Assembly (NCBI GenBank): GCA_000434195.1
Contig: HF994471.1
Span: 26,135-90,134, forward strand
DNA length: 64,000 nucleotides
Reading direction: 5' to 3'
Source: Clostridium sp. CAG:780
GTDB lineage: Bacteria > Bacillota > Clostridia > TANB77 > CAG-508
How positions within the stretch are numbered: position 1 is the stretch's first letter; the number at the start of each line of letters is the position of its first letter. Below, in pieces: positions 45,300 through 56,542 of the stretch. A program made the translations under genes and the position numbers. The notes beneath the pieces were generated by a model. It made no database searches. It saw only the letters and a program-made list of their open reading frames with translations, and was not told the DNA's origin.

Positions 45300-47270
45300 C
45301 TATTTTTTCAATATTTCAGCTAATGTTATTATGTACATTGCATGAGACCAGCCTAAACCAATTACCCAATTTGGCTTCATTGTCTTGTTATCTACTTGTT
45401 CAGATAGAAATCCTAACTTTGTAGCACTTTTTGTAACAAATTCAAAGCACTCTAAAGCTTTTTTTCTGTTACCTGATTTTATGTAATACAAAGCCATCCA
45501 CAATGTAGCTATTGGCCAAGGACTATTTCCACCCATATAACTATCTTGTTCAAATCTTAAGTATCCACTAGTGTATGTTCTTAGTGTTAAATTTATTTTT
45601 TCAACTGTGTTTACTACTTTCTTTTCGTTTGGAGATAATAGTTCAAAAGGATATACTGTTCCTATCACACTAACGTCCATTTTACTGTCTTCTGTGTTTC
45701 TGTGCAATATTTTGGTATTTTCATCACAAAGATTTTTTTCGACATATTTTTTAATATCATTTATTTCATTTTTTATTTTTAAAGTATTTTTTGAAATTTG
45801 CTCTAGCTTTAATCTATTGTTTTCATATTTTCCTTTTACTTTTTCATAAATTTGAGTCATGGCGTTTAGTCCCGCATATATGCTAGATAGAGAATATAAA
45901 TGAACTCCTTCATTCATCTCCCATAAATCATAGCTTGAATGTTTATATATTTTATCTGTTTCTTTGCCAGATTTTTTTACCATTTCCTCTATTTCTTTTT
46001 TTACTATGTCTTCTTCCTCTTTTTTGTCAAAGATATTATCTAAGTATTTGAACAAAAATCCTAAAGCATTTTCGCACATTTTTAAATTATTATATAAAAA
46101 TTTCTCATCCTTTGTTTTTAAGTAGTGATCATACACTCCAAATATTACGCTGGCTGTTTCGTCTATTTGGTAACCCCAGCATGGAGCCAATGTTCCATCT
46201 GTGTAAAATCTCTGTTCCCACATTCCGTTTGGACTTTGAGTTTTTCTGCAAAAGCTATCATAAAACTTTTCTGTTTCTTTTGTCATATTCAAAATGTCTA
46301 ATGCTTTTGTTATAAAAACCGCGTCTCTTGGCCAACAGTATGAGTATCTTCCACTGTTTTCTAGGTTTTCGTCAACTTCTACTGCTGCTGATATTCCTCC
46401 AGTTTCTTCATTTCTCAAAAGTGGGAATAGAAGTATTGTTCTTTTATATATTTCTTTTACTTTTTGACTTACATTTTTATTTTGGTCATCATCTATTTTT
46501 AGTGAATCATGTTTACTTAAATAGTTACTCCAATATTTTTTAGCCTGCTCATATTCTTTTTTTACGTCTAGCTTTTTTAGATTTGCTATTTTTTCTTCTA
46601 ATTCATCTATTGTTTTGAAGTTCTTATTTTCCTCGATTAAAATGTATAGTGAAAATTCCACACTTTCTCCTGGTTTCAATACACCAAGCGAATAACTTAT
46701 TGCAGAATCATTTGACATTCCAATGTAATCTTTGTCTTCTAATATTGCGTCTCTAATTACATTTTCTACATCGTTTATTCTATGTCCATCTATATTTTGT
46801 TTTGCAAATGTTGCAAAATAGTATTCATGGTTATATTGTACTATTCCATTTTCTATTACTTTTGCAGATACCATATTGTTCGAATTACTTAGTAGTTTTA
46901 TACGAGCTAACATTTTTAAATCAAGGTCGATTTTGTTATTGTTTGTAAATGTGTATTTTTTTACTAATATGTTGTTTTTTATTGTTACAAAATCTGTTTG
47001 TTTTGTTTTTAAGTTAAAGTACGTATTTTCTATTTCTGTATTTAAAATATTGGTATCTTCTGTATAATATTGGTTATATTTATTGTTTATATCTTCATGA
47101 AGATATACTATTGCAGAATCGTTTATTTTTAGCCCTATTTGAAATGTATCTATAAATTGCTTGTAATCAACATTTGGATAGTATATTCTCAACATTTCTC
47201 CTTTATCACTGAATGTTGCTTTTATATTTTTATTTCCGATTACAGCATCATTAAAAAACTTGGTATTCAT
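45300..47270 (-). CDS. Glycoside hydrolase family 15 (glucoamylase/glucodextranase-like)
   Basis: YSYCWPRDAVF and an (alpha/alpha)6-barrel-like C-terminal half match GH15. Confidence 0.6.
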   Translation of the reverse strand: MNTKFFNDAVIGNKNIKATFSDKGEMLRIYYPNVDYKQFIDTFQIGLKINDSAIVYLHEDINNKYNQYYTEDTNILNTEIENTYFNLKTKQTDFVTIKNNILVKKYTFTNNNKIDLDLKMLARIKLLSNSNNMVSAKVIENGIVQYNHEYYFATFAKQNIDGHRINDVENVIRDAILEDKDYIGMSNDSAISYSLGVLKPGESVEFSLYILIEENKNFKTIDELEEKIANLKKLDVKKEYEQAKKYWSNYLSKHDSLKIDDDQNKNVSQKVKEIYKRTILLFPLLRNEETGGISAAVEVDENLENSGRYSYCWPRDAVFITKALDILNMTKETEKFYDSFCRKTQSPNGMWEQRFYTDGTLAPCWGYQIDETASVIFGVYDHYLKTKDEKFLYNNLKMCENALGFLFKYLDNIFDKKEEEDIVKKEIEEMVKKSGKETDKIYKHSSYDLWEMNEGVHLYSLSSIYAGLNAMTQIYEKVKGKYENNRLKLEQISKNTLKIKNEINDIKKYVEKNLCDENTKILHRNTEDSKMDVSVIGTVYPFELLSPNEKKVVNTVEKINLTLRTYTSGYLRFEQDSYMGGNSPWPIATLWMALYYIKSGNRKKALECFEFVTKSATKLGFLSEQVDNKTMKPNWVIGLGWSHAMYIITLAEILKK

Positions 47271-48934
47271 TAGTTTTTCTCCTCTTTGTTTTCTATTATT
47301 TCTACTATTTTTCTTTCTAGTTCTTTTATTCTGTCATTAACTCTCTTGATTTCTTCATCATTCTTATCTTGGCCAAGTATATCCTCTTTTACAATGTTTT
47401 TCATATCTTCTATTTCTTCTTGCAATGTTTCCATTCTTTCTAGAACTTGTAATCTTAGATATTGTTTATCTACTTTTTCTTGGTATTTTTTCTCCATTGC
47501 CAAGTTGTCATCTAATGTGTAGCTTTCTGCATATCCTGGTATTGTTACTGGTATTTGTGTGCTTTCTACTAATTTTCCTTTTAATATTAGTTGAGCATTT
47601 GGCTCTCCATGTACTAAGAAGATGTGCTTTGGCTTTTTTATAAATGAATATACAAAATTTAATAACCATTCTTGATCTGCATGACCTGAATATGCCTCTA
47701 TATACTCAACTCTTGCATTTACAGTTATTTCTTCACCAAATATTTTTACTTTTTTTGCTCCATCCACTATTGCTCTTCCAAGTGTTCCTGGTGCTTGATA
47801 TCCAACAAATAATATTGTGCTGTTTGGATTCCATATATTATGTTTTAAATGATGTTTAATTCTTCCTACTTCGCACATACCACTTGCTGATATTATAACA
47901 CATGGCTCATCGCTTTCATTTAACGCTTTTGATTCGTCTGCTGTTTTTGTAAATTTTAGTCCTGGAAATTCTAGCGGATTATCTCCTCTTGCTATTAATT
48001 GTTGTGTTTGTTCATCAAACAAATCCATGTTTTTCTTAAATATCTCTGTTGCAGATATTGCAAGAGGGCTATCTACATATACAGGAGCCTTCATTAAAGT
48101 TTCATATTCTTCTAAGAATTTAGGAGATTTATTTTCTGAGTCTTTTATCATATTTAGCTCATATAGAACTTCTTGTGTTCTTCCTACTGCAAAAGATGGG
48201 ATTACAACTGTTCCATTGTGTTCTAGTGTTTCTGTAACTATATCCAAAAATTGTTGAGCCTTATCTTTGGATTTCATGTGTAATCTATCTCCATAAGTCG
48301 ATTCCATTACTAAATAGTCTGTATCCTCTATCATTGTTGGTTCAGAAAGTAATGGTAAATCATTATTACCTAAATCTCCTGTAAACACTGTTTTTACTTC
48401 TTTTCCGTCTTCTTTTACCCATACTTCTATTATGGCAGAGCCTAACATATGTCCTGCATCATTAAATCTCACATGTATGTTTTCGTCTATTTCTATTATT
48501 TCATCATATTTTATTGGGCTAAATATTTCTAGGCACTTTGTCGCATCTTCTGCTGTGTATAGTGGTGGACGAGTTGGAAGTCCTTTTCTCTGTCTCTTTT
48601 TGTTTTTCCATTCATTTTCTTGTTCTTGAATGTGTCCACTATCTGGTAGCATTATTGAACATAAATCGCAAGTTGCTTTTGTTGCATAAATAGGTCCTTT
48701 AAATCCCTCATTATATAGTTTTGGTATTCTTCCTGAATGATCTATGTGTGCATGTGTTAAAAGCATAAAATCTATTTCTTCTGGATTATATAGAAATGGC
48801 GCTTCGTTCTCTAGTTCATCCTTCGCCTTTCCTTGATACATTCCACAATCTACTAGAAATTTTTTGCCAGCTCCTTCTACTAAAAAGTTTGAGCCAGTTA
48901 CTGTTTTTGTAGCTCCTAAGAAAGTTATATTCAT
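47270..48934 (-). CDS. Beta-CASP-family MBL-fold metallo-hydrolase (RNA-metabolising type)
   Basis: HAHIDHSG (motif 2), GHMLGSA and a beta-CASP region are present. The likely start MNITFLGATKT is at 48934. Confidence 0.7.
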   Translation of the reverse strand: MNITFLGATKTVTGSNFLVEGAGKKFLVDCGMYQGKAKDELENEAPFLYNPEEIDFMLLTHAHIDHSGRIPKLYNEGFKGPIYATKATCDLCSIMLPDSGHIQEQENEWKNKKRQRKGLPTRPPLYTAEDATKCLEIFSPIKYDEIIEIDENIHVRFNDAGHMLGSAIIEVWVKEDGKEVKTVFTGDLGNNDLPLLSEPTMIEDTDYLVMESTYGDRLHMKSKDKAQQFLDIVTETLEHNGTVVIPSFAVGRTQEVLYELNMIKDSENKSPKFLEEYETLMKAPVYVDSPLAISATEIFKKNMDLFDEQTQQLIARGDNPLEFPGLKFTKTADESKALNESDEPCVIISASGMCEVGRIKHHLKHNIWNPNSTILFVGYQAPGTLGRAIVDGAKKVKIFGEEITVNARVEYIEAYSGHADQEWLLNFVYSFIKKPKHIFLVHGEPNAQLILKGKLVESTQIPVTIPGYAESYTLDDNLAMEKKYQEKVDKQYLRLQVLERMETLQEEIEDMKNIVKEDILGQDKNDEEIKRVNDRIKELERKIVEIIENKEEKN

Positions 48935-48948
48935 TCGTTTTTCTCCCT

Positions 48949-50502
48949 TCATTTTTTACCTTTTATAAAGATCGGTATTTTCTTATCCACCTTTACGTTT
49001 AGCTGGTTTAAGTTGTTCACAGTAGTGCATTCTTTTTCCTGTGCATCTTTTAAATCATATATGTTTATTGTTATGTAATACGTTGTTTCTTTTTCTGATT
49101 TTTCTTTTTTGGTATTTGTTATTTTTATCTCTACTTCTTTTAATTCGATAATCTTGGTATAAAATATATTTTTTAATATTGTATAGCAAAGGCTTGCACT
49201 GTCTGAAAAATTAGTAATTATTTCTCTGTCTATACTATTATCTATCAAACTATTCATTGCCTTTTTTAGTGGTTCTTGTAGCTCTTCTATATCTTTTATG
49301 TATTTTTGACTTGAAAAAGGTAGTAAACAGTAGTATCTAAATGTGTATATCATTTTTTCTAATTCATTCTTGTCAGTAGCTTTTTCTATATTGTTAGTGA
49401 ATGTTTCCAGAAATTCTTTTTGTACATTTATGATATTTTCTTTTTCTATGTTTTCATCTTCTAGCCCAGCTATTATTCTGTTTAGTACTGTATATTCGTT
49501 TTCTAATAATGTTTTTTGTTTTATAAATTCTTTTGGCTCTAGCATTTTGTTGCTTTGCTTTAATTCTTCTAATTTTTGGTTTCTTTCTTCTTCTAAAATT
49601 TTTATAAGGTATTTAACGCTAAAAATTTTGTCCTTATTTTCTAATTTTTCGTTTCTTGCGTAATACTCTTTTTGCAGTTTTGATTTGTCGTTTATCGTTT
49701 CATCTATTTGCTTTATTTCATTTGCTATTCTTTTTTTATCTTCTGTAATCTTGTTTAAAAACTGAGTTTTATTTAGCATTATATCTAATTTTTCTTTTTT
49801 TAATTTTTGTTGTTTATAGATTTCATCTTTTACATCTTTGTTTTTTTCTGCAATTATTGTCATTATTGCTATATATATCAGTTCTTCATATTGATAAGAG
49901 CTTAGTAATGTATTTAAATATTCATCTTCTCTGATTTTTATATTTGATAATATGATGTTTTGGAATATCAGATTTTTAATTATTTGTTCCGAGCTTAACC
50001 CACTGTTCCATGACCATCCATCAAAATCTCTTATTACTTCACAAGAATTTATGCTTCTTGCTTCTACCATAAATTCTTGTATAGCTTTTCCATAATAAGT
50101 ATCTTGAAAATTGTTTTCTATATTTTTTCTTCTTTCTTCATATATTTTTTCTAACGAGTATAATAAGTCATTTTCATTTGCATATACTAGTATTTCTCCA
50201 TGTTTTGCATTGATTTTGCAAACTCCATTTGTTTCTTCTATTGGCTCAGCTTCTTTTGTTTTTGGTGTTACTATCTGTATTTGCTTGCAATCTTCTTTTA
50301 CTATGTAAAGAATCTTTTCCATAAAGTCTTCTTTTGTTTCTGCATTTGTTTTTGCTATGCTATAATCTTTGTATCCGCTTTCTATTTTGTATAGCATGCT
50401 CAACAATAAGTTTTTTACTTCTTCATCAAATGGTTTTGTTTCTAGTATTTGTTCCAGTCTATTGTTATATTCGTTAGAGCTAATTTTTGAAAATATATTC
50501 AT
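48949..50502 (-). CDS. Hypothetical coiled-coil protein
   Basis: A long K/E-rich helical protein. The stop of this gene overlaps the start of the downstream gene by 4 nt, which suggests an operon with the MBL-fold gene. Confidence 0.4.
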   Translation of the reverse strand: MNIFSKISSNEYNNRLEQILETKPFDEEVKNLLLSMLYKIESGYKDYSIAKTNAETKEDFMEKILYIVKEDCKQIQIVTPKTKEAEPIEETNGVCKINAKHGEILVYANENDLLYSLEKIYEERRKNIENNFQDTYYGKAIQEFMVEARSINSCEVIRDFDGWSWNSGLSSEQIIKNLIFQNIILSNIKIREDEYLNTLLSSYQYEELIYIAIMTIIAEKNKDVKDEIYKQQKLKKEKLDIMLNKTQFLNKITEDKKRIANEIKQIDETINDKSKLQKEYYARNEKLENKDKIFSVKYLIKILEEERNQKLEELKQSNKMLEPKEFIKQKTLLENEYTVLNRIIAGLEDENIEKENIINVQKEFLETFTNNIEKATDKNELEKMIYTFRYYCLLPFSSQKYIKDIEELQEPLKKAMNSLIDNSIDREIITNFSDSASLCYTILKNIFYTKIIELKEVEIKITNTKKEKSEKETTYYITINIYDLKDAQEKECTTVNNLNQLNVKVDKKIPIFIKGKK

Positions 50503-50513
50503 AAAACTCTCCC

Positions 50514-52850
50514 TTATGCTTGTTCTTGCGTATTTAATTCTTCCCAGCGTTCTTTTGTCATTAGAACTTCTCTAGGTTTGCTTCCTTGGTATCCAGATAT
50601 TATTCCTCTTTCTTCCATCTGGTCTATTATTCTTCCTGCTCTTGCATATCCAACTTTAAATCTTCTTTGAATAAATGATGTTGACGCTTGTCCTGTTTCT
50701 ATTACTGTTTGTATTGCCTCATTTAGCAATGGATCTGTTTCATCATCATCCATTATTCCTTCATCTATTTCTTTGTCTGTGCAATTTGCTTTTTCTATGT
50801 ATTCTGTAATGTCGTCTCTATATGTTGTTTCTCCATTAGATTTTAAGAAGTCTACTATTTTTTCTACTTCTTTATCAGATACAAATGCTCCTTGTACTCT
50901 GACAGGCTTTGGAGCACCTGTTGGGAAGAATAGCATATCTCCTTTTCCTAATAATTTTTCTGCTCCTACTTGATCTAATATTGTTCTAGAGTCTATTTGA
51001 GAAGATACTGCAAATGCAATTCTTGATGGTATATTTGCTTTGATTAAACCTGTGATTACATCTACAGATGGTCTTTGTGTTGCTATTACTAAGTGCATTC
51101 CTGCTGCTCTTGCTTTTTGTGCTAATCTACAGATTGCACCTTCTACATCATTTTTTGCAACCATCATCAAGTCTGCAAGCTCATCTATAATTATTACTAT
51201 ATGTGGTAATTTTCCTAGTGTATCTTCTTTTTCTACTGCATCATTGTATCCTGCTAAGTCTCTAACTCCTTTTGCAGCAAATTTTGTGTATCTATTTTCC
51301 ATTTCTTGTACTGCCCAAGCTAATGCTCCTGCTGCTTTCTTTGGATCTGTTACTACTGGAATCATTAGATGTGGTATTCCGTTGTATACCGAAAGCTCAA
51401 CTATTTTTGGATCTACCATTATTAGTTTTACATCGCTTGGCTTTGCTTTGTATATGATACTTGCTATTAATGTGTTTATACAAACACTCTTACCAGATCC
51501 TGTTGCACCAGCTATCATAACGTGCGGCATCTTTGCAATATCTGTTACTATTTCTTCTCCAGATACATCTTTTCCAAGTGCAAATGCAAGTTTTGATTTG
51601 TGATTTTTAAATGTATCTGTGTCTAATATATCTCTTAGATGTACTACTTCGCTTTCTTCATTTGGTACTTCTATTCCAACTGCTTGTTTTCCTGGAATTG
51701 GGGCTTCTATCCTTATAGTTTTTGCTGCTAAGTTAAGTGCTATATCATCTGCTAGATTTGCTATTTTACTTACACGAACTCCCTCTGATGGTTTTAATTC
51801 ATATCTTGTAATCGCAGGTCCAACAGATACGTGTTCTACCTTTGCAACTACTCCAAAATTGTATAGTGTTTTTTGTAATTTAGATGCTGTTTCTGTTAAA
51901 GCTCTGCTATTTCCTTTTCCAGCTTTTTTATCTCCTTCTTTTAGAAGTGTTAGAGGTGGGAATTCATAGTTTTCGTCTTCAACTGTTATTGTATGTTCTA
52001 ATTGTAGAACTTGTTTTGTTTCATCTTCTTTTGCTTTTTCTTGAGTCTTAAATAATGGATCTTCTATAAATTCTGGTGCCTGCTTTTCTTCTTTTTTATT
52101 TTTCTTGAATAATTTTTCTTCTTTGTCTATATTGAAAAGTTTTCCTTTTGGTGGTTCTTCATTATTTAAGTTAATTTTTAGCTGTTCTACATCAAGCGCT
52201 GCTTGTTCCTTTTCTAATTTCTCTCTTAATCTCTTTTCTTTCTTTGTTTCTTTTTTCTCTTTCTTATCCTCAACATCTAATAGTTTTTCTTCTGTTTCTT
52301 TTCTTTCTTTTACTCCTTCTACTGCTTCTGATATTTTATTTGCTAAATCTATTCCAAACATAGATACTGTAAGTGCAACAAGTCCTCCTATTGCAAGTAC
52401 TACTGTTCCTGTTTTATCCAATAATTTTATTAATGGTATTGTTATAATTGAGGCAGCAGCACCTCCTCCTGAGCCTGTTTCTGCTCCAAGTTGGTAGAAT
52501 TGTCCCATAACATCTTGCATTTGTTTATTGTCCACTGTTACTTGACCTTTGTTTATTGCATAAACATTCATTATTATCGCTATGCAGAGTAACATTAAAG
52601 CAAATTGAACAATCTTGCTCATCCATGCTGTCTCTTTTTGGCAAGCTATGTATATTGCAACAATAAAGATGCCAATAGGCAAAATATACTCAACATATCC
52701 CATTATTCCACCTAAGAAAGGGCTTAGTGTTTCTCCTATTACTCCTGATTTTGAATATATTAATACTCCCATTAGTATGCTTGCTAATATTAGTACTACC
52801 ACTACTAATGTTACGTCTTGCTTCTTCTTTTTTCTTCCTCTCTTTGCCAT
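50514..52850 (-). CDS. ftsK: DNA translocase FtsK/SpoIIIE
   Basis: An N-terminal 4-TM domain, a linker, the Walker A GATGSGKS and a C-terminal gamma winged-helix domain. Confidence 0.95.
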   Translation of the reverse strand: MAKRGRKKKKQDVTLVVVVLILASILMGVLIYSKSGVIGETLSPFLGGIMGYVEYILPIGIFIVAIYIACQKETAWMSKIVQFALMLLCIAIIMNVYAINKGQVTVDNKQMQDVMGQFYQLGAETGSGGGAAASIITIPLIKLLDKTGTVVLAIGGLVALTVSMFGIDLANKISEAVEGVKERKETEEKLLDVEDKKEKKETKKEKRLREKLEKEQAALDVEQLKINLNNEEPPKGKLFNIDKEEKLFKKNKKEEKQAPEFIEDPLFKTQEKAKEDETKQVLQLEHTITVEDENYEFPPLTLLKEGDKKAGKGNSRALTETASKLQKTLYNFGVVAKVEHVSVGPAITRYELKPSEGVRVSKIANLADDIALNLAAKTIRIEAPIPGKQAVGIEVPNEESEVVHLRDILDTDTFKNHKSKLAFALGKDVSGEEIVTDIAKMPHVMIAGATGSGKSVCINTLIASIIYKAKPSDVKLIMVDPKIVELSVYNGIPHLMIPVVTDPKKAAGALAWAVQEMENRYTKFAAKGVRDLAGYNDAVEKEDTLGKLPHIVIIIDELADLMMVAKNDVEGAICRLAQKARAAGMHLVIATQRPSVDVITGLIKANIPSRIAFAVSSQIDSRTILDQVGAEKLLGKGDMLFFPTGAPKPVRVQGAFVSDKEVEKIVDFLKSNGETTYRDDITEYIEKANCTDKEIDEGIMDDDETDPLLNEAIQTVIETGQASTSFIQRRFKVGYARAGRIIDQMEERGIISGYQGSKPREVLMTKERWEELNTQEQA

Positions 52851-52965
52851 TTGTTCCTCCTAGATTTATATTATTTGTTAGGTACATTTTTGTACGTTTA
52901 CATTGTATAACAAAACAAAAAAAAAGTACATAGAATTTAATAAATTTTACATACTTTTTTGCTTT

Positions 52966-53403
52966 TTATTTTACTTCTTTTCTATTATTTTCAATTACTT
53001 TTAGAGCATCTTCTAATGTAACTTGAACGCCTGCTAAAATATTGTCAGCATACGCTTTTGTACCATTTGAAATCTCTCTTGCCATATCATTTGCATTTTC
53101 TATTATTTTATTTTTTTGCTCATATGCTTTTTTGGTTATTTCATGCTCATCAATCATGGATATTATTCTATTTTCTGCCTCTTTTACTATTTCTGCTGCT
53201 TCCTCGTTTGCCTTGCTAATAATCCTATCATGTTCCTCTTTTATAACCTTGGCTTGTTTTAGTTCTTCTGGCAATTTAAGTCTTATTTCTTTGATTATCT
53301 CTAATAGTTCTTCTTTATCAAGCATAGCTTTATGAGTAAAAGGTATTTCTTTACTATTTTCTAGCATATCCTCTATCGTTTCTAATAATGTGAAAATTTC
53401 CAT
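52966..53403 (-). CDS. Hypothetical coiled-coil protein
   Basis: The likely start MEIFTLLETIED is at 53403, with an AAAGGGG ribosome-binding site. Confidence 0.35.
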   Translation of the reverse strand: MEIFTLLETIEDMLENSKEIPFTHKAMLDKEELLEIIKEIRLKLPEELKQAKVIKEEHDRIISKANEEAAEIVKEAENRIISMIDEHEITKKAYEQKNKIIENANDMAREISNGTKAYADNILAGVQVTLEDALKVIENNRKEVK

Positions 53404-53414
53404 GTTTTCCCCTT

Positions 53415-53966
53415 TCATTTAAGAAATATTAAAGATGCTCTTCCATATTTTCTTAAATCGTAAATTTCAAAATTTATATTTTTGTTTTCAATTTCTTGTA
53501 AATATTTGTCTGGTTCGTCAGTTTCTATGATTAGTTTTCCACAATCTTTCAACATTTGCGCATTTTTTATGTATTTCATTGCTTCTATTGCACAATCTGC
53601 TTTATATGGTGGATCTAAAAAAATTATATCAAATTGTATTTTTTGTATATCCTTAAGACATTCTTTGTAGTCTTTGCTGTACACTTTTGCTTTTTGTTCT
53701 AAGTGAGTTTTCTGCAAATTCTTTTTTATCATTTCCACAGCTTTTGGATTATTGTCACATACATATGCTTGACTTGCTCCTCTACTAAGAAATTCAATCG
53801 CTATTGCTCCACTTCCTGCAAATAAGTCTAGCACTACTGAATCTTCTATATCTTTTTGGATTATATTAAAAAGTGATTCTTTTACTCTGTCTAATGTTGG
53901 TCTTGTTTTTATATCTTCTATTGAATGAAGTACTGTTCCTCTAGCACTTCCGCTTATTACTCTCAT
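53415..53966 (-). CDS. rsmD: 16S rRNA (guanine966-N2)-methyltransferase RsmD
   Basis: VLDLFAGSGAIAIE and FLDPPYK are RsmD motifs. Confidence 0.85.
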   Translation of the reverse strand: MRVISGSARGTVLHSIEDIKTRPTLDRVKESLFNIIQKDIEDSVVLDLFAGSGAIAIEFLSRGASQAYVCDNNPKAVEMIKKNLQKTHLEQKAKVYSKDYKECLKDIQKIQFDIIFLDPPYKADCAIEAMKYIKNAQMLKDCGKLIIETDEPDKYLQEIENKNINFEIYDLRKYGRASLIFLK

Positions 53967-54198
53967 GCGTTCTCCTCCAAATATGTAGACAGATACTATT
54001 TTGATTTTATACTATATATTTTATATGTTTTTTGCCAGATGTCAAGTCTTATAATTGAATTGTAACATACATTTAATAGTGCTGTAACATTTTCTGCCTT
54101 TTTGCAATCATTTTACAATAATTAATACGCCAAAAAGACTTGGCAAACGCCAAATCTTTCTTTTGCTTTCGTTCATTTATATTTTTTGCTTTTGCTTC

Positions 54199-54654
54199 TT
54201 AATCTTGGTCTTTGTTAATATCTTTTATTAATTCTAATTGTGATATTAATAAAGATTCCATTTTTGCTTTGTATACATCAAATTGCTTTTGTGTTTCTTC
54301 AAGTTCCCTTTGTTTTATTGTTATCTGCTGTTCAAGCGCTGCTAGTGATTGTCTTGCATCAGCTTCTGCATTTTTTATTAATTGGTCTGCTTGTTGTTTT
54401 GCAACATTTTTTATATCTTCTGCCGTTGTTTGCGCTATTATTAATGTATTGTTAAGTGTTCCTTCTATTGATTTATAATGTTCTAATTTCCCTTCTAGTT
54501 CTGCTAATTTATCTTGATTTTCACTTTTTTCTTTGTATAACTTTTCATAACAAACCGTTAGCTCATCTAAAAATTCGTCAACTTCCTCTACACTATATCC
54601 ATTCATCATTTGTTTTGAAAACTTTTTGTTTTCAATTTCTAATGGTGTAATCAT
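54199..54654 (-). CDS. divIVA: DivIVA-domain cell-division protein
   Basis: The N-terminus MITPLEIENKKFSKQMMNGYSVEEVDEFLD is followed by a coiled coil. Confidence 0.8.
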   Translation of the reverse strand: MITPLEIENKKFSKQMMNGYSVEEVDEFLDELTVCYEKLYKEKSENQDKLAELEGKLEHYKSIEGTLNNTLIIAQTTAEDIKNVAKQQADQLIKNAEADARQSLAALEQQITIKQRELEETQKQFDVYKAKMESLLISQLELIKDINKDQD

Positions 54655-54677
54655 CTTAATTCCCCCTGCTTTTTAAG

Positions 54678-55151
54678 TTAGTTATTTGTAGAATTTTTTA
54701 GCCAAGATACTGATAATTTGTTTTTTATTTCTTCTCTTGCCATTTCATTTGTTATTTCATAGTTAAATGGAGCTATTAAAAAGATAGAATTTGAAACTTT
54801 TTGGATGTGTCCATCTAATGCATGAACAGCACCACTAACAACATCTATAATTCTTCTTGCAACATCTTTGTTTACATATTCCAAGTTTACTATTACAGAT
54901 TGTTTATCTTTTAATAAATCACATATATCTTCTGCTTGTTCAAATGTTGTTGGTTGTGATATAACCATTTTTATTTGTTGTGTTTGTGGTAAGCTTACAA
55001 CTTTATTGTTGTTACGTCTTCCCCAAAGTTTATTCTCTTTATTTTCTTCCTCTTCTACTTCTTCGTTTACTTCTTCATAATCTTTCTCTTCGTTTTCTTC
55101 TGCATCCATTCCAAATGCGCCCCAGATTTTATTCATTATTGTCCCTGACAT
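54678..55151 (-). CDS. sepF: Cell division protein SepF
   Basis: VIVNLEYVNKDVARRIIDVVSGAVHALDGHIQKVSNSIFLIAP matches SepF. The start at 55151 has an AGGAGG ribosome-binding site. Confidence 0.85.
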   Translation of the reverse strand: MSGTIMNKIWGAFGMDAEENEEKDYEEVNEEVEEEENKENKLWGRRNNNKVVSLPQTQQIKMVISQPTTFEQAEDICDLLKDKQSVIVNLEYVNKDVARRIIDVVSGAVHALDGHIQKVSNSIFLIAPFNYEITNEMAREEIKNKLSVSWLKNSTNN

Positions 55152-55270
55152 TATAAACCTCCTAAATTTTATCATCCTTCGTTATAATAACTAGTTATAG
55201 TATCTATCTTTTTTATCTTCTTGTCAATAGTTTTTTTATTTTGTAATTGTAATTTAAACAATTTGTAATA

Positions 55271-56542
55271 CTATTGTAACATTTGTGCTTCTGTTGGATT
55301 TATTACTAACTCATCATACAAAGTTATGTTTTTCATATTGTATATTTCTTCATTTGTAAAACCTAGCTCTTTTAATTCTTCTGTCTTATATTGTCGAACT
55401 ATACAATAATCATCATTTTCTTTCAATATTTTTATTAGCATTTTATTGTAGTAACCATTTCTATTTCTTACAACATATGAAAGCCCATTTTCTTCTTTTA
55501 TTGCATTTGTTGGAATTCTAAATCCTTCTGCACTCCACCAAATCACATCAAAAGATATTTTTCTGTATGCAATTAGATTTTCAACATTATTTGTTATTTC
55601 TATCGCTATTGTCTTCGAGCCATCTGTTTCATCTATTATGTTAGTTATGGTTGCTTTTGTTTCTCCATAATTTTGAATTCTTATATTTATAGAATCTCCA
55701 ACTTTCGCCGTTTTTGCTTCATCCGAATCTAAATTAAACACAATGTAGCATTGAAAATTATTTATTATTTTACCAATTTCTTCGCTGCTGGCTATTGTTT
55801 GCCCAGTTTTTATTGTTAGCTTTTCTAAAAATGCTTTATTTAATGTTGCAAAATTAGTTGTTGTTAGCGTTTCTTCTAATCCATCTACTCTGTAAGAAAC
55901 GATGCCACTTTCTGTTGCTTGTATGTATTCCGCACCATCATTTAACTGTTTTTCATATTCCGCCTTCTGTTGTAACAATTCTTTTAGTCTTGAACCAGAA
56001 GGGCTATAATCTCCTGATATTCTTGCTTTCTTCGATATTGCGGAACTTATACTTTTTTTATATTCTTGTATTTTTTGAACAGAGTTTAATGAATATACAG
56101 AATTTAACTCTGTTTCTATCTGACTATCTAAAAGTTTTATATCACTTGGATATACCTTTTTTTCGCTTTGCATTACTTGTTGTATCTCTTCGTTTATGCT
56201 TGCAATTTTTTCTTTTACTCCATCTTCCCCAGACGAGTAATATCTAAATATGGAGTCTCCTTTTGCTACTCTTTCACCCTCATTTTTTATTTTCTCCATA
56301 CCGTTTTTGTAATTTTCACCTTTTACAACTATCTCATCTCTTACAATATAACCTATTGTTGTTTCTTCCTTAGATAATTTTCCATTTGTGACTATAAATG
56401 TATTTGTTGGATTGTTTACCAATTTTGCCACTAAGTACAACAAATATATTATTACCACTATTAGAACAATAGCAATTATAATTCTATTGTTCTTCTTAGT
56501 CTTTTTTATTTTATTATCTTTTACCTTAGTTTCTTTTTCCAC
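55271..56542 (-). CDS. N-terminally anchored protein, possibly with an HlyD-like membrane-fusion fold
   Basis: A transmembrane segment (IIIAIVLIVVIIYLLYLV) is followed by a coiled-coil and a beta-rich C-terminus. I cannot assign a family firmly. Confidence 0.3.
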   Translation of the reverse strand: MEKETKVKDNKIKKTKKNNRIIIAIVLIVVIIYLLYLVAKLVNNPTNTFIVTNGKLSKEETTIGYIVRDEIVVKGENYKNGMEKIKNEGERVAKGDSIFRYYSSGEDGVKEKIASINEEIQQVMQSEKKVYPSDIKLLDSQIETELNSVYSLNSVQKIQEYKKSISSAISKKARISGDYSPSGSRLKELLQQKAEYEKQLNDGAEYIQATESGIVSYRVDGLEETLTTTNFATLNKAFLEKLTIKTGQTIASSEEIGKIINNFQCYIVFNLDSDEAKTAKVGDSINIRIQNYGETKATITNIIDETDGSKTIAIEITNNVENLIAYRKISFDVIWWSAEGFRIPTNAIKEENGLSYVVRNRNGYYNKMLIKILKENDDYCIVRQYKTEELKELGFTNEEIYNMKNITLYDELVINPTEAQMLQ